From NCBI GenBank assembly GCA_951406725.2, contig OX597831.1:4092001-4156000 (forward strand): 64,000 nucleotides of DNA. Reading direction: 5' to 3'. Shown one piece after another: positions 1 through 13,506 of the stretch (within the stretch, counting starts at the first letter, position 1; each line of letters opens with the position of its first letter). Source of the stretch: Octopus vulgaris (lineage: Eukaryota). The notes beneath the pieces are model-generated. The model saw nothing but the letters and a program-made list of their open reading frames with translations, made no database searches and was not told where the DNA came from. The position numbers and the translations under genes are program-made.

Positions 1-371
1 AATTATTATTATTATTATTATTATATATTTTTTGGGAGGGCTAGGCATATCTTGATTATAATATCTTTCATATCTAGCATAAATATAGGAATACTTTTAT
101 AAGCAAAAATAGGATAAGCAAAAATAAGATATGTATCTTAGTCATGCGTGTCCTTGTTGAGTGAGGGAGATATGGATTTATTTGGTTTTTGTAGTAGTAT
201 TCAGGGACTATCTGGTTAGTTAGAAACGTTTTCTAATGCAATGTTATTACTAGTGGCGAGTCTGGACTTCGTAAACTATCTATTCACTGTGTTTTGTCAT
301 GGAGAAAATTTCTCGCTGTAGACAAATGGTGTAGATACACCTAAATCAGCTTACAGCGCTACCTATCCAGA

Positions 372-419
372 CTGTGAGATGCAAGCATTTCGGAGTAGTT
401 ATCTCCTCCTCAGTCACAG
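372..419 (-). ncRNA. Type I hammerhead ribozyme, intact core (PLE pLTR-type)
   Basis: Minus strand reads CUGUGA-CUGAGGA-GGAG(auaacua)CUCC-GAAA-UGC(uu)GCA-UC-UCACAG: 6-bp stem I, CUGAnGA core, 4-bp stem II, GAAA, short stem III, AUC cleavage triplet. Confidence 0.85.
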
Positions 420-594
420 AAACCGGGTGGTGGTGTTGCGAGCTGATAAAAGAGACAATCTCTCTTATGTTATTCTAGTCGCCGTACATCGGCTGGTAGT
501 GTTAATCGGCGGCTGACCGTGATTAAATTACGAGGTAGGAGCACTAAGCATTGATGTGTGTTCTAATATTCTGATAGTAACAATCGGTGTTTAA

Positions 595-799
595 CCCTTT
601 AGTGTTCAGATTACTCTGTTAAATGTAATACTTTTTCACTTAAATTGTTTTGAATTACTCATGCACTATCTTATAGCTTTGAGGTTTCAGTGATGTGAGT
701 GTTTATTTGTAGAATGCCAATGTAGGTTAGGTGTAGGAGGCTAGACATAAAACATGTAGAATATTTGGGGCAGATATAGCCGGTTTAAACACTAAAGGT
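595..799. mobile_element. piggyBac-type MITE
   Basis: TTAA at 591-594 and 800-803; imperfect TIRs CCCTTTTAGTGTT / AACACTAAAGGT; related fragment near 32890-32945. Confidence 0.7.
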
Positions 800-1247
800 T
801 TAAACATGTCACAACAACAAAGTGTCCCTTTTCAATGTCCAAATGATTTTTATGTTTGTGCTACTCTATTTTTGCTTATAAAAGTACTTCTATATGTGTG
901 TTAAGCATGAAAGGAAGTATAACCAATACTATGCCCAAGCCACACAACCACCAAAAAAATTCTTTTAATCCTGCGACCGTGTACGTATATCTGAAATAAT
1001 GATTGTTTATACTGTTAAATTGTGTATCTTCTGGGTCGTTTTTTAAATATGGTTTGACGATTTTGTATGATAATTTTAAAAACTGTAAGAAACGTACCAA
1101 TGTACAGCTATGACAGCCTAATACTTTCTGGAACTTTGCTTCTAAAATTTCTGTATGCGCTGCTGGAGTATTTTCTGTGAGTGAACAATTTATCCTTCTG
1201 TGACATCCAAGCTGTACTCATCCTGCCTTCTTTCCTGGCACATTATA

Positions 1248-1553
1248 TTTTTATATATAAAATTGAAGTTGTGTGTGTGAGACTCTGTCTCCTCCGATTT
1301 AGATTCCAAACTACTCCCACATTTTGCGGTGCAGTTTAACCAAAAGCGGGTATCTTATAGTCGTCATTCATATCGAGCCCTTCTGGGTATTAGCGCGCGT
1401 CTACGATGAGTCTACGATTTAAAAAAAAATTACCATAATTTTTCCGCATTTTTAATGATCTTTGCTCGGGTTATATAAGGGAAGTAACTCTCTAAAAATG
1501 TTTATATAGTTATTTACCTTACAAACCCGAGCAACGCCGGGCGATACTGCTAG
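1248..1553 (+). mobile_element. Non-autonomous Helitron-like element
   Basis: 3' GC hairpin CCCGAGCAACGCCGGG followed by CTAG|T; 5' TATATAAAATTGAAGTTG(TG)n shared with 19044-19883; 5' TC degraded. Confidence 0.7.
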
Positions 1554-2680
1554 TCTTGTATAAATTTTGTTGTCTTTAAAAACACTAGAATGGTAGATGA
1601 GGAAGATTTGGTTATAATTCTCTACGGAATGAATGCGAGATAAAGTTTCCTTGTCTCGATTTTGCCTTTCCCGTGGTCGACTTCGTCTTTCATTCTTTCG
1701 TGGTCGATAAAATAAAGTACAGGTTGAGCTTTGATGTAATCGACCTCCCATTCCCTCTAAAATGGCTGGCCTTGTGACAAAATTTGGAACCCTTATTGGA
1801 TTGCTGTGGCGTTAATGTGAAATCGGTTCTTTCTTGTACACCATCTGGCGTTTTATTGATTTTATCTTTTGTTTTCGAGTGAGGAATCACCAAGAGTCTT
1901 TATTTTCATCGTCCGACAGGATTAGCACCGCAGCTGTGTGTCATTCCAGCATTTATTTGCCATTTTATATTCGTACTTTTACATTTGTTTTTTACAGAGT
2001 TCCTTTTTGTACAACACGAGCCGAGCAATCTCAATGTAAGTGGTTCAAAAGCTGCAAGCTAACTGTACCCTCTTGGCATGCAGCCAATTGTGCACCACAG
2101 TACACTATGTGTAATAACACAGACATTCAGTCACACAGACTAAACAATACATTTCTGACACATTAAAAGAATTTCCATCGAGTTGATATTTATAATCGTT
2201 TACATTTTATGATTTTAAAGTACTTGAAAAACCTAAAGGGGTATTCTATTATCGTAATTTTATCGCATAGTTTAATTAAAAATTCTTATCATTTATCGTT
2301 GTTCTCGTAATTGCAAAGTGTTTTCAAGACGTGCATTTGTAATTTTTGTAAATTATAATTTTACATTTTTACACAGAAATGAAACCTGCATTTGATAATG
2401 GAGTAGAAAAGAGAAAAGGAGCTACGAATATAAAAGGAAAACGATAAAAAATGCAGAGAAAACTTCGAAGTTATCGGTTTTGTCCTGATGCAACATCTAC
2501 TCCTCCTGATCTGAACACCTTATCAACATTTACTTCGACTCCTGTGAGCACTTTTACACTTCAACCTCCAGTTTTAGTTACACAGGTTCCATCTCTTACT
2601 TGATACTGGAATAAATACACTAACACATAATAGTAATCGAGGATGTTAATGAAATTTTCTATTACACTACAACAAATTCA

Positions 2681-2922
2681 GTGAAGTGACGTTGTTTAGT
2701 TGTTAGGGTATTTGGCTCATGATTGTAAGGTCGTGAGTTCAATCCCAGGTGTCGCGTTGTATCCTTGAGCAAGACACTTTATTTCACGTTGCTCCAGTCT
2801 ACTCAGCTGGCAGAAATGAGTAGTACCTGTCTTTCAAAGAGCCAGCCTTATCACATTGTTTCACGCTGAATCTCCCTGAGAACTAAGTTAAGAGTATGCG
2901 TGTCTGTGGAGTGCTCAGCCAC
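2681..2922 (+). mobile_element. tRNA-derived SINE (head H1 + partial tail T1), diverged
   Basis: Aligns by eye to 60831-61150; B-box GAGTTCAATCCC and CORE-like CCTTGAGCAAGACACTTTA. Confidence 0.75.
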
Positions 2923-3634
2923 GCGAGTAAGCTAAGAGTAAAAGATGTTTTATATGACACATTCTACCAGCATCCGAAGTTTGAAACTGTTTAGTTACAA
3001 AACATTATTTTTTAAATCTGTAGGTCCAAAGGTAAAGATCCAAAAATAATTATGAAGCAAATGAAAAAGAAAGAAGAGAATAATGTATTTCACAAATTTA
3101 AAAGCAATGATTAACTTTACAAAACCAACCAATGAGAAATATCTTATTATTTTCTAGAAGTGATTTGGCGTGATTTAAATTCGAGGCCTGAAGTATCCGT
3201 TGTTCTGATATCATATGTTGATCTTTGGTACCGGCACTGATGTTACATTCGACTCAGGTTTTCAATAAACAAGAAATCCATGGTGATTTATGAGAATTCT
3301 TGAGCTTGTTTTTGTTGCACCGAGCGGTGTAAGAACTCAGAATTGTGTGTAAATTATGTAGGGTTTCACGCATGCGATCTTCCATATAATACCTGTAGGC
3401 AGCTGTTACTGAAGTAAAAAAAAAAAAAAATTTGTAGTCCCTCTGAAATTATGCAGTATTTTATTAGGCTTCAAGCTTTTATCAAGGACATATTCATGTT
3501 TCAGAAATATATACAGAAGTTTGAGAATCTTTCGATGACGTTAGCGCAAGCGTACAGTGCTACAGGTTGTTCATAAGACTCGTAAAAACTGTAGATGATA
3601 TATACAGACAGTTTTGTTGTTGATTGTTAAGATA

Positions 3635-3799
3635 GGCGTAGGAGTGGCTGTGTGGTAAGTAGCTTGCTAACCAACTACATGGTTCCGGGATCAGTCCCAC
3701 TGCGTGGCATCTTGGGCAAGTGTCTTCTGCTATAGCCCCGGGCCGACCAATGCCTTGTGAGTGGATTTGGTAGACGGAAACTGAATGAAGCCTGTCGTA

Positions 3800-3842
<43 letters not shown>

Positions 3843-4056
3843 ATGTGTGTGTGTTTGTGTTTGTCCTCCTAGCATTGCTTGACAACCGATGCTGGTGTGT
3901 TTACGTCCCCGTCACTTAGCGGTTCAGCAAAAGAGACCGATAGAATAAGTACTGGGCTTACAAAGAATAAGTCCTGGGGTCGATTTGCTCGACTAAAGGC
4001 GGTGCTCCAGCATGGGCGCAGTCAAATGACTGAAATAAGTAAAAGAGTAAAGAGTA
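3635..4056 (+). mobile_element. SINE family A (tRNA head, internal (TA)n(TG)n, (AAAGAGT)n tail), full length
   Basis: Pol III A-box TGGCTGTGTGG and B-box-like GGATCAGTCCC; many near-identical copies in the window. Confidence 0.9.
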
Positions 4057-4059
4057 TAA

Positions 4060-5500
4060 ATTTTACTAACCTCCTTTTTATTTTAAACTTTCTTGAGCTT
4101 CTAGATTGCTTATATCAAATTGATCTTTCGATCAAGCAATGCTCTGATGTTCAGTCAAATCGGTTTATCGGCAAAAACAACGGGAGTTGTGCATTTCTGT
4201 AAACACTCAAGCAGTAAGCTAAGTTCATGCAATGTGTTCTTACTCCGCCGGTTACGACGACGAGGGTCCCAGCTGATACGATCAACGGAACAGCTTGCTC
4301 GTGAAATTAACGTGCAAATGGCTGAGCATTCCACAGACACGTGTACCCTTAACGTAGTTCTCGGGGATAATCAGCGTGACACAGAGAGTGACAAGGCTGA
4401 CCCTTTGAAATACAAGTACAACTCATTTTTGCCAGCTGAGTGGACTGGAGCAACGTGAAGTAAAGTGTCTTGCTCAAGGACACAACGCGTCGCCGGGAAT
4501 CGAACTCACAACCTTACGATCATGAGCCGAATGCCCTAACCACTAAGCCACGCGCCCTCACATGCAATGTGTTAAGGTGATGCTGGACAGAGAATTTTCA
4601 GAGCGCAGTTCATTCGGTGGACCATTCTAAGCTTCTCTATCATCCCAGATATTGTTCATTACTTAATTTCACCCCCACCCCAAACTAAAGGCAGGATGCT
4701 TTATTAATTTGTCACATCTCTGAAACTGACGAAAACAAGCTAGCTATCCACTCGGAGCCCAAAGTATCCCTTATTTTCACAGACTTGTATCAGTTGAAAG
4801 GTACATTCTGAGAGGTCATTTTAATTTCGAGACGATCTATCGTACATTAAACGCTACGGATTATCTGCAAATGACTGAAAATTATTAATTCCATGAACTT
4901 CTCTCATCGAACCGCCTGCTAAAATTTCTGATCACTGATTAAGACTGCCAAATGATCCCATCAGAACACTGTTTACTGAGAAGTGTTGCAGTTCTAGATT
5001 TAAAAGCAGCGCAAGATTTCACACCAAGATTTATGTTCGGCTTGTCACAGGCAAATGCTACAAGGTTCTGTTTCGTTAATAGCTATCAAACACATAGCTG
5101 CTGAGGCAGTTCAATAGATTATTAGCAATAGTTGTAGCTTTCTAATTAGCCAGTTCAATCAGGTCTCAAAACACGGGAGATTACCTTCTTTATCACGTTT
5201 CAAATAAACTATTAGGGCAGTCTTAATACTCAGATTCAATGATTCATCAATGAGAACATGAATTTTTCATTTACATGCTTGTTATTCTGGCAGATGCTCA
5301 TTTTCATATTAATGGTTATGTGATTAATTATCTTTGCAGCACTAGTGCAGGAATGTAATCCAATTCCAGTTCCACTATAATTTTTCTTCTTAAATTCCTG
5401 TTTAGCCAGAGTAATCAACACTTGACCTGTTATCCTGAGCTAAATCATATGCAGAACGGAAAATTAAACAACTTGCCTTTATATAATAAGATATAATGTG
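4060..5500 (-). pseudogene. Decayed hAT-like transposase (interrupted by a SINE)
   Basis: Minus-strand fragments GIGLHSCTSAAKIINHI, LIDESLNLSIK (cf. hAT xIDESTDxS) and NLVAFACD (cf. DGA); many stops and frameshifts. Confidence 0.45.
4239..4560 (-). mobile_element. SINE H1+T1, young full-length copy
   Basis: 13-bp TSD CATGCAATGTGTT (4226-4238, 4561-4573); near-identical to the reverse complement of 60831-61150. Confidence 0.92.
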
Positions 5501-5512
5501 ACATAACTTATA

Positions 5513-5730
5513 AAGGCAGCGAAATGTCAGAATCGTTACCACTCCGGGCAAAATGCCTAGCAGCACTTCGTCTTTCTTGACGTTCTGAATTCGAATCTGA
5601 CCGAAGTCGACTTTGTCTTTCATCATTTTGTGGGATCAATGGAATAAGTGAAAGTTGAGTACAGGGGTCAATGTAATCGGTTTACCTCCTTTACCAAAAT
5701 TATTGGCCTTATGCCAAAATTTGGAAACTT
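5513..5730 (+). mobile_element. SINE family C (MetaSINE-like), diverged
   Basis: Similar to 43307 and 57913 copies; GTCGACTTTG(C/T)CTTTCATC motif. Confidence 0.7.
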
Positions 5731-5741
5731 TATATAATATT

Positions 5742-6653
5742 GATTTCAAATTTTGGCACAAAGCTAGCAACTTGGGGTGAGGTGGGGGGGGGGGGGCAAG
5801 TCGATTACATCGACCCCAGTGTTTAACTGTTACTTATATTATAGACCCTGAAATTATGAAAGGTAAAGTCGGCCTCAGCGGAATTTGAACTAAGAACATA
5901 AAGACAGATAAAACGTCGCTATGCATTCTGCCCATCATGCTAACACTTCTTATTTCTTTATTGCCCACAAGGGGCTAAACACAGAGGGGACAAACAAGGA
6001 CAGACAAACGGATTAAGTCAATTACATCAACTCCAGTGCGTAAATGGTACTTAATTTATTGACCCCGAAAGGATGAAAGGCAAGGTCGACCTCGGCGGAA
6101 TTTGAACTCAGAACATAGCAGCAGACGAAATACCACAAAGCTTTTCACCCGGCGTGCTAACGTTTCTGCCAGCACGCCGAAATACCTGTTTCTTTACTAC
6201 CCACAAGGGTCTAAATACAGAGAAGACAAACAAGGACAGACAAACGGATTAAGTTGATTATATCGATCCCAGTGCGTAACTGGTACTTATTTAATCGATC
6301 CCGAAAGGATGGAAGGCAAAGTCGACCTCGGCGGAATTTGAACTCAGAACGTAAAGACAGACGAAATACCTATTTCTTTATTACCCACAAGGGGCTAAAC
6401 ACAGAGGGGACAAACAAGGACAGACAAACGGATTAAGTCGATTATATCGACCCCAGTGCGTAACTGGTACTTATTTAATCGATCCCGAAAGGATGAAAGG
6501 CAAAGTCGACCTCGGCGGAATTTGAACTCAGAACGTAGCAGCAGATGAAATACCACAAAGCATTTCGCCCGGCGTGCTAACGTTTCTGCCAACTTGCCGA
6601 AATATCGCTAAGCATTTCGTCCAGCGTGCTAATGATTCGGCCAGTTCGCTGCC
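5742..6653 (-). mobile_element. SINE family C tandem array (3-4 internal ~180-240 bp units)
   Basis: CCCACAAGGG...GGACAGACAAACGGATTAAG...GGCGGAATTTGAACTCAGAAC recurs at about 5954, 6190 and 6374. Confidence 0.85.
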
Positions 6654-7014
6654 CTTTTCAGAACTACCTTGTCCAATATGCCTTCTTTTGCATTGATTTG
6701 ATTGAGATTCGGCTGCTATGTCGAGCTGTTCTAGCGACCGCATACTAGGCTCCATGAGGGTATTTATACCATTTTGTTTCGTCGTCGTTGTTGTTTAATC
6801 CCAAGTTAGCTCTCACTGAACGGGTCGATGATCAAAGACAATCCAGCCTTGGCCAACCGATCTCTACTTTTTTTATTACAAAGGCGTACATTGTTCATTG
6901 TATCATTTAGTATAGATAATGGGACGCGATTTGAGTTACACTTGGCTGTTATTTTTAGTAAATCAAACAATCACATTCGGGCTCCTTCGTTGGTTCATTA
7001 TGGTTGTTGTATTG

Positions 7015-8040
7015 GTGATGATGATGGTGATGGTGATGATGGTGATGGTGATGATGGTGATGATGGTGATGATGATGATGGTGATAATGATGATGACGAT
7101 GGTGATGATGTTGCTTGTAGTGTGTATAGTATTGGTAGCGATGGTTCTGTTGGTGGTGTTGGTCGTGATAATGGTAATAGTATCATTAGCGGAAATGCTG
7201 TTGATGGAGGTGGCGAAAACTGCTGCTATTGTTGTTGGCGTTGAGGGTGGTGATGGTCGTGGTTATAGCGGTGGCAGTAGTGGTGGTTATGGTAGGGGTA
7301 GTAGTGGTGGCTTTGGTAGGAGTGGTAGCGGTGGTTGTGGTAGTGGAAGGAGTGGTGGTTGTGGTAGTGATAGTAGGAGAAGTGGTGACAGTGGTGGTTG
7401 TGGTAGTGATGGTAGGAGAGGTGGTGACAGTGGTGGTTGTAGTAGGGATGGTAGGAGAGGTGGTGACAGTGGTGGTTGAAGCAGTAGTGATAGTGGTGGT
7501 TGTAGTAGGGATGGTAGTGGTGGTTGTGGAAAAAATAGTGGTTGTGGTAATGATGGTAGGAGAGATGGTGATAGTGGTAGTGATGGTTGTGGTAGCGGTG
7601 GTTGTGGTAGTGGTGGTAGTGATAGTTGTGGAGTGGTGGTAATGGTAGAGGTGGTAGTGGTGGTTGTGATAGTAGCGGTAGTGGTGATTGTGGTAGTGGT
7701 GGTAGTGGTGGTTGTGGTAGTGGTGGTAGTGGTATAGGTGGTGGTAGTGGTGGTTGTGATAGAAGTGGTAGTGGTGGTTGTGGTAGTGGTGGTAGTGGTA
7801 GATGTGGTAGAGGTGGTTGTGGTAGTGGTGATTGTGGTAGATGTGGTTGTGGTAGTTGTGGTGGAGGTGTTGGTGTTGGGGGAGTTGGTAGTGATGGTGG
7901 AGATGTTGTTGGTGGTGATAGCGATGGTATTCGTAGAGCTGGTAATGGCGATGGTGGTGGTGATTGCCGTTGTTACTGTTGTTGGTGGTGGTGATGGTCA
8001 TGGTGGTGTTGGTAATGGTGGTGACAGCGATGGTAGTGGT
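7015..8040. repeat. Cryptic (GGT/GAT/AGT)n trinucleotide tract with ~39-bp higher-order units
   Basis: Direct inspection; the AGTGGTGACAGTGGTGGTTGT-like unit repeats at 7381, 7420 and 7459. Confidence 0.9.
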
Positions 8041-8058
8041 GACTGCCGTTTTTGCTGT

Positions 8059-8570
8059 CTTCTTCTTCTTCTTCTTTTTTTCTTCTTCTAATCAGGACTC
8101 ACGCCATTAGCCACAAAGAATAATCTCTAATTCGAGCCTACTCTAAGCTACTAAGAATGCGTGAGGCAGCTTGAAGATCCACCCACCACACGCGATAGAC
8201 TGGCTTTTGCACGGGCGCGAAAGCTACGTTGTTATCCTCATTCCGTAAACGGCGGATTTTAACGGATGGAGAGCTGAACCATCCTGGGGTACAGAGGATT
8301 CGCAATCTAGACTAGAGTCTGAAAGTTTACCACACACCATAGTGGGTTACACCATGGTTCCTCTGCTTTGTGACAGAAGTAGGAAGAAAGAGTGAGAGAA
8401 AGTTGTGGTGAAAGAGTACAGCAGGGTTCACCCCCTCCCCCCATGCTGGAGCATCGTGGAGCCTCGGTGTTTTTGTTCAATAAACACTCACAATGCCCGG
8501 GTTGGGAATCGAGACCGCGTTCTTACGACCGCGAGTCCGCTGCCCTAACCATTGGGCCATTGCGCCTCCA
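8059..8570 (-). mobile_element. SINE H2+T4 with (GAA)n tail
   Basis: TSD ACTGCCGTT(T/G)TTGCTGT at 8042-8058 and 8570-8586; H2 head; tail homologous to 17700-18080. Confidence 0.85.
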
Positions 8571-9029
8571 CTGCCGTTGTTGCTGTTGTTATGGTTGTTG
8601 TTGTTGTTGGTGGTGGTGATAGTGGTATTGGTAGTGGTAAAGATTATTCATTGGTGGAAATGGTGTTAGCACAGTTGGTAGTCTAATGGTGGTGGTGACT
8701 TGTTGTTGTTGTGACTGTTGTTGTTGGTACTTTTGGTGGAGGTGGTGATGGTGGTCGTTGCTGTGGTGGGAAATGTTGACGTATTTTGATATTGGTGGTA
8801 TGTCAATGGTAATAGTAAGTGTAGTAGAAGTACTACAATAGCAAGCAATGGGACTGATAGCGAATGGTGGTGGTGGTGATGGTGGTGGTAGTGGTGGTGG
8901 CGGCGAAGATGAGTGAAAGTTTGGAAAGAGAAGAAATAAAAAAAAAAAAACAGAATGGAAGGAATGGAAAATATATGAAGAATTACAGGACAGGAATGAT
9001 ACACACACGCGGAGAATGATGAGCTGAAG

Positions 9030-9213
9030 AGAGAATTAAAGGAAATAAGTGATGGAGAGAGGTAGAAAGAGAAGATGAAGGGAGAAGAGAGAGGGAGAGA
9101 GGGAAGGAGAGAGAAGGAGTGGGAGGGAGAGAGAGAAGGAGAGGAAGGAGAGAGAGAAAGAGGGGGAGAAGGAGAGAGAGGAGAAACAGAGGGAGAGAGA
9201 TAGAGTCTGTGAG

Positions 9214-9283
<70 letters not shown>

Positions 9284-9623
9284 ACTGTTCGAAAGTCTGT
9301 TTCTAAAAGTGTGACTGAGCGTGTTGGTGTGTGTGTGAAGTGTGGAGGTGTGAGGGAAAGCGAGTGAAAAAGAGAGGATGTCAGTCAGAGAAGGGAGAGA
9401 CCAAAAAAAAAAAAAAGAAAAAAAGTAAGAAAGAGAGACGGACAAAGACGCAGAAAGTGGGTGTGTATGTGTGTGTGTGAATGCGTAGCGTGCGACAGTG
9501 TGTCAGCGGAAGTGTGAATATGAATTCGTGCAAGTGTGTGTGTGTGTGTGTGTATGTGCGTGTGTGTGTGTGTGTGTGTGAGTGTGTGTGTGTGTGTGTG
9601 TGTGAGTGTGTGTATGTGTGTGT

Positions 9624-9669
<46 letters not shown>

Positions 9670-9680
9670 GTGTGTGTACG
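9030..9680. repeat. Purine-rich (GA) tract followed by (GT)n microsatellites
   Basis: Direct inspection. Confidence 0.9.
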
Positions 9681-11074
9681 CGCACGTTTACGTAAATGTC
9701 ATAGAATGAGAATAGAAGTAGAAAAGCGAGAGAAAAGGAGTTCAAAAGAGTTAGAGAGACAAATCAGCGTGAACCTGTGTATGAGCGCTCGAATATATGA
9801 TATGCGTATCTGTGTATATGTGTGCCTGTGTGTGTGTGTAACAAAAGATATTATTATACATACACAGAGATAAGATGGACAGACATAAAAAAAAATATAG
9901 GAAGAAAAAAATTGCAAAAATATAAATACAAGAACAAAAAGTTATCATACACTATATTGATTAAACCTACCTTAAACACCTAGCTTTATTTTCCAAGATT
10001 GTGGCTATAATTAGAATTATTACTACACTAGAAGGTTTCGATGGAAAATCGATCGAAAGCTAATCAATATATTGTGAAATATTTATTCCCACCTACGCAC
10101 AAATTGAAAAATTATTGAAAGCTTCAATCATAAAAATATAACTGAGTTGTCTTCCTTGATTTCTTGGTCGTTTCCTCCACTCTCTCTCTCTATCTCTCTC
10201 TATCTCTATCTCTTTCTTTCTTTTTATTAACCACCTACGTTGTAACTGACATACAGGAAATTAAAATAATGTTAATAATTCATGTTTTTGATTATCTTAC
10301 AGACTCGATTCACCAACCAAAGAGTGAGAAAGGCGTCTAAATGATTGCTTGACATAATAAAAATCACAGTAAAATCTCCCTGAAATCTATCTGTATCGCC
10401 TTTAATTTGTTGTATACTTTGACTAATTTAGTCCCAGATGTATTGTGTCACAGTAGGAATGCTTTTGATTATAACTCAGCTCAATTAAGACTGATACGTG
10501 GCTAAAGAACAAATAAGCTACAAATAGATACTATAGACGGGAATTAAAATCGCAGGAGGAAATTACAGAACCTTTGTAACGAAGTCTGTCTGATTCAGAC
10601 ACGGGACCAGAAGTTTTATGAGACCGTTGAAGTAGATCGAGTCAAACCAGTTCAGCATTTGACTGATACATCATATTTTTATCGATATCCTGGTAGGATA
10701 AAAGGCAAAGACTATCACTTCGTCTTTTAAGAAGCATATCACCTGTCAATTATCTCAATAAAAACAAACGCTCGAATAATCAACTTATCTACCGATGTAA
10801 TTCATTAATGAAAAATTTCCTCTGTAGCAATTTAAGTAGATGCAATCCCAGATCGTTTGTTACAAAGTGCAACAAAATTTTTATTAGCTTTTTGTCTCTG
10901 GTCAGTAAGTGTTATCTCTTATTTGCTTCTATCTATAATAGAAATCGAAGAAAATGACTATTATTCCCTTTAAACTTTGCTTTTCTGACCTGGCCATCAA
11001 TGTTTCCAAACTGACCTATTTTCCATTACATTTCAAAGAGACTCTGAGCTGAGTTGCTGAAGCAGAAATATCAT

Positions 11075-11250
11075 TATAACAAATATTCCGCTCTATACTA
11101 CAGATTTGCTTGCCAGTTGCTTGACCTTAACCACTTGAGCATGTCCCTTAATGGCTGACAATACGTGCGCTTCTGATCATGTGCAGAAGTAGTGAGGTAG
11201 ATGGGGAGAATTATATCCATGTGTTGAGAAGGATTCTTTGGGGTATGAAT
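11075..11250. repeat. Interspersed repeat family E fragment (also 33070-33195 and 59855-60285, opposite orientation)
   Basis: Shared CAGAGATGCACAT..GTCAGCCACTAAGGGA..GGTCAAACAACTGACAAGC; class not determined. Confidence 0.65.
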
Positions 11251-11253
11251 AAA

Positions 11254-11511
11254 ATAAAATAAATGCGCCCTTTTAAAGCCTAGCCAGGCTCATTGGCCCG
11301 GTTTCCCGGTTTCTATGGCGTATGTGTTCCGCAGCTGGACGGGACGCCAGTCCATCGCAGTGTTACTCATTTTTGCCAGATGAGTGGACTGGAGTAACGT
11401 GAAATGAAGTGTTTTGCTCCAGAACACAACGCGTCGCCCGGTCCAGGAATCGAAACCAGAATCTTACGATCATGCTGCTGACACCCTAACCACTAAACCA
11501 CGCGCCTCCAC
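11254..11511 (-). mobile_element. SINE H1+T2
   Basis: H1 head/CORE joined to tail T2 (GATGGACTGGCGTCCCGTCCAGCTG...CCTGGCTAGGC); approximate TSD TTGGG(G)TAT(G/A)AATAAA. Confidence 0.8.
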
Positions 11512-12008
11512 TTGGGTATAAATAAATGCAACAAAAGCAAATAGGAATAGCAGTTGCTACTCAAAGGACAAAAATCGTGTTATACAGTGTTATCAAAGAG
11601 TAAAGAGCAGAGTCAAAAAAGCAATCGATTTGAAATCTGGTCCTAAAGGAACGTACGTTCTCTCTACAACCAATGATCTATTGCAAATGGTTACAATATT
11701 AATTTCACATATAATCGAGGTTAAATAAATAAATAAACTTTGATGTACTGGAACTGTGGTATATGATAGTTTCTTAAATGAAAAATCTCACGTGTTACTG
11801 CAGAAAGAAAACAATGTCTACCTAAATAATTTATGTTGCTAGTACTGAAAGAACAAGAATTAGAGATCAGAAGAGCGAAATCTGCGATGACATTTCGATT
11901 CCAGAAATTTAGATACAGTTGCATTAAATTTTTCCATATGTCTTAAGGAAAATGTATAACTTGAGATAAAGTTGCTCAAATTGACCTTCGCCGTTGCCAT
12001 ACAGTGCT

Positions 12009-12394
12009 GGGGAAGCACTCCGTCGGTTACGACGATGAGGTTTCCGGTTGATCCGAATCAACGGAACAGCCTGCTCGTGAAATTAACGTGTAAGTGGCTG
12101 AGCACTCCACAGACACGTGCACCCTTAACGTAGTTCTCGGGGATATTCAGAGTGACACAGAGAGTGACAAGGCCGGCCCCTTGAAATACAGGTACAACAT
12201 AAACAAGAAGTAAGAGTGAGAGAAAGTTGTGGTGAAAGAGTACAGCAGGGATCACCACCATCCCCTGCCGGAGCCTCGTGGAGCTTTTTTGGTGTTTTCG
12301 CTCAATAAACACTCACAACGCCCGGTCTGGGAATCGAAACCGCGATCCTATGACTGCGGGTCCGCTGCCCTAACCACTGGGCCATTGCGCCTCC
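12009..12394 (-). mobile_element. SINE H2+T1 full length
   Basis: TSD CCATACAGTGCT (11997-12008, 12393-12404); matches 34506-34896. Confidence 0.9.
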
Positions 12395-12505
12395 ATACAG
12401 TGCTATATTAACATTCGTTTGATGGATTTGACTTTTCCTTCGTATCTAAACGCTTCAGAACTATCTGACTGATTCTGGTGCCAAACACACACACGAATAC
12501 ACACG

Positions 12506-12554
<49 letters not shown>

Positions 12555-12701
12555 GTGATTTTTCTATATAACCCACGAGAGTAAATAAGAGAAACAGAAA
12601 CAGGCAGAAACAAAGAAAATGCCACCTGTATTTGAACACAAATATTCTTTTAAAAATCTTTTCTTTTACTTTTTCCAAAATTTAATTGTTTTCCATACTT
12701 A

Positions 12702-12737
12702 CAGTTGAAAAAGTCTCAATGACTGAAACCGGTACTG
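12702..12737 (+). ncRNA. Degenerate minimal hammerhead in a microsatellite-flanked element (12554-12790)
   Basis: CAG-UUGAAAA(core mutated from CUGAAGA)-AGUC(ucaau)GACU-GAAA-CCGG-UA-CUG; palindromic stem III ACCGGU. Confidence 0.55.
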
Positions 12738-12785
12738 AAATGTTTTTTATAAAATCATTTTAGCATTTTCTACCTTGACGTTTTT

Positions 12786-12827
<42 letters not shown>

Positions 12828-12847
12828 TTATTTATTTATATAGAGGA

Positions 12848-13169
12848 GCACTCAGTCGGTTACGACTACGAGGATCCCAGCGGATACGATCAATGGAACA
12901 GCTTGTTCGTGAAATTAACGTACAAGTGGCTGAGCACTCCACCGACGCGTGCACCCTTAACGTAGTTCTCAGGGAGATTCAGCGTGACACAGAGTGTGAC
13001 AAGGCCGGCCCTTTAAAATACAGGTACAACTCATTTTTACCAGCTGAGTGGACTGGAGCAACGTGAAATAAAGTGTCTTGCTCAAGGACACAACACGTCG
13101 CCGGGAATTGAACTCACGACCTTGCAATCGTGAGCCGAATGCCCTAACCCCTAAGCCACGCGCCTTCAC
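12848..13169 (-). mobile_element. SINE H1+T1
   Basis: Aligns to 4239-4560. Confidence 0.88.
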
Positions 13170-13209
13170 TACATACATACTTACATACATACATACATAC
13201 ATACATATA

Positions 13210-13263
<54 letters not shown>

Positions 13264-13506
13264 ATAGCTATATATATATATATATATATATATATTGGCT
13301 TCGCTTAGGCAGTGGCGTCTTCGAGGCTAAAACAATGCGAACGCATTGTGACCAGCGATGTGTCTTATATTTATAACTACATCTGACGGACAGGTCGAAA
13401 AATAAATAAAATATATATATATATATATATATAAACTGTACTGGGAGAAGAAGAAGAAACGAAACGAAACGGAACGAATCGAATCGTATCGACGCGAAGG
13501 CGCCGT

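Noticed and set aside
830-3600. Possible further hAT transposase relics (830-1200 minus, 2380-3600 plus)
   Set aside because: Only faint motif echoes; too degraded to call without a profile search.
5950-6600. CRISPR-like regularly spaced repeats
   Set aside because: Whole units repeat with no unique spacers, no cas genes, eukaryotic context.
6828-9445. Long Gly/Ser-, Val-, His/Thr-rich ORFs (up to 271 aa)
   Set aside because: Open in several frames on both strands because of trinucleotide low complexity; no splice or domain evidence.
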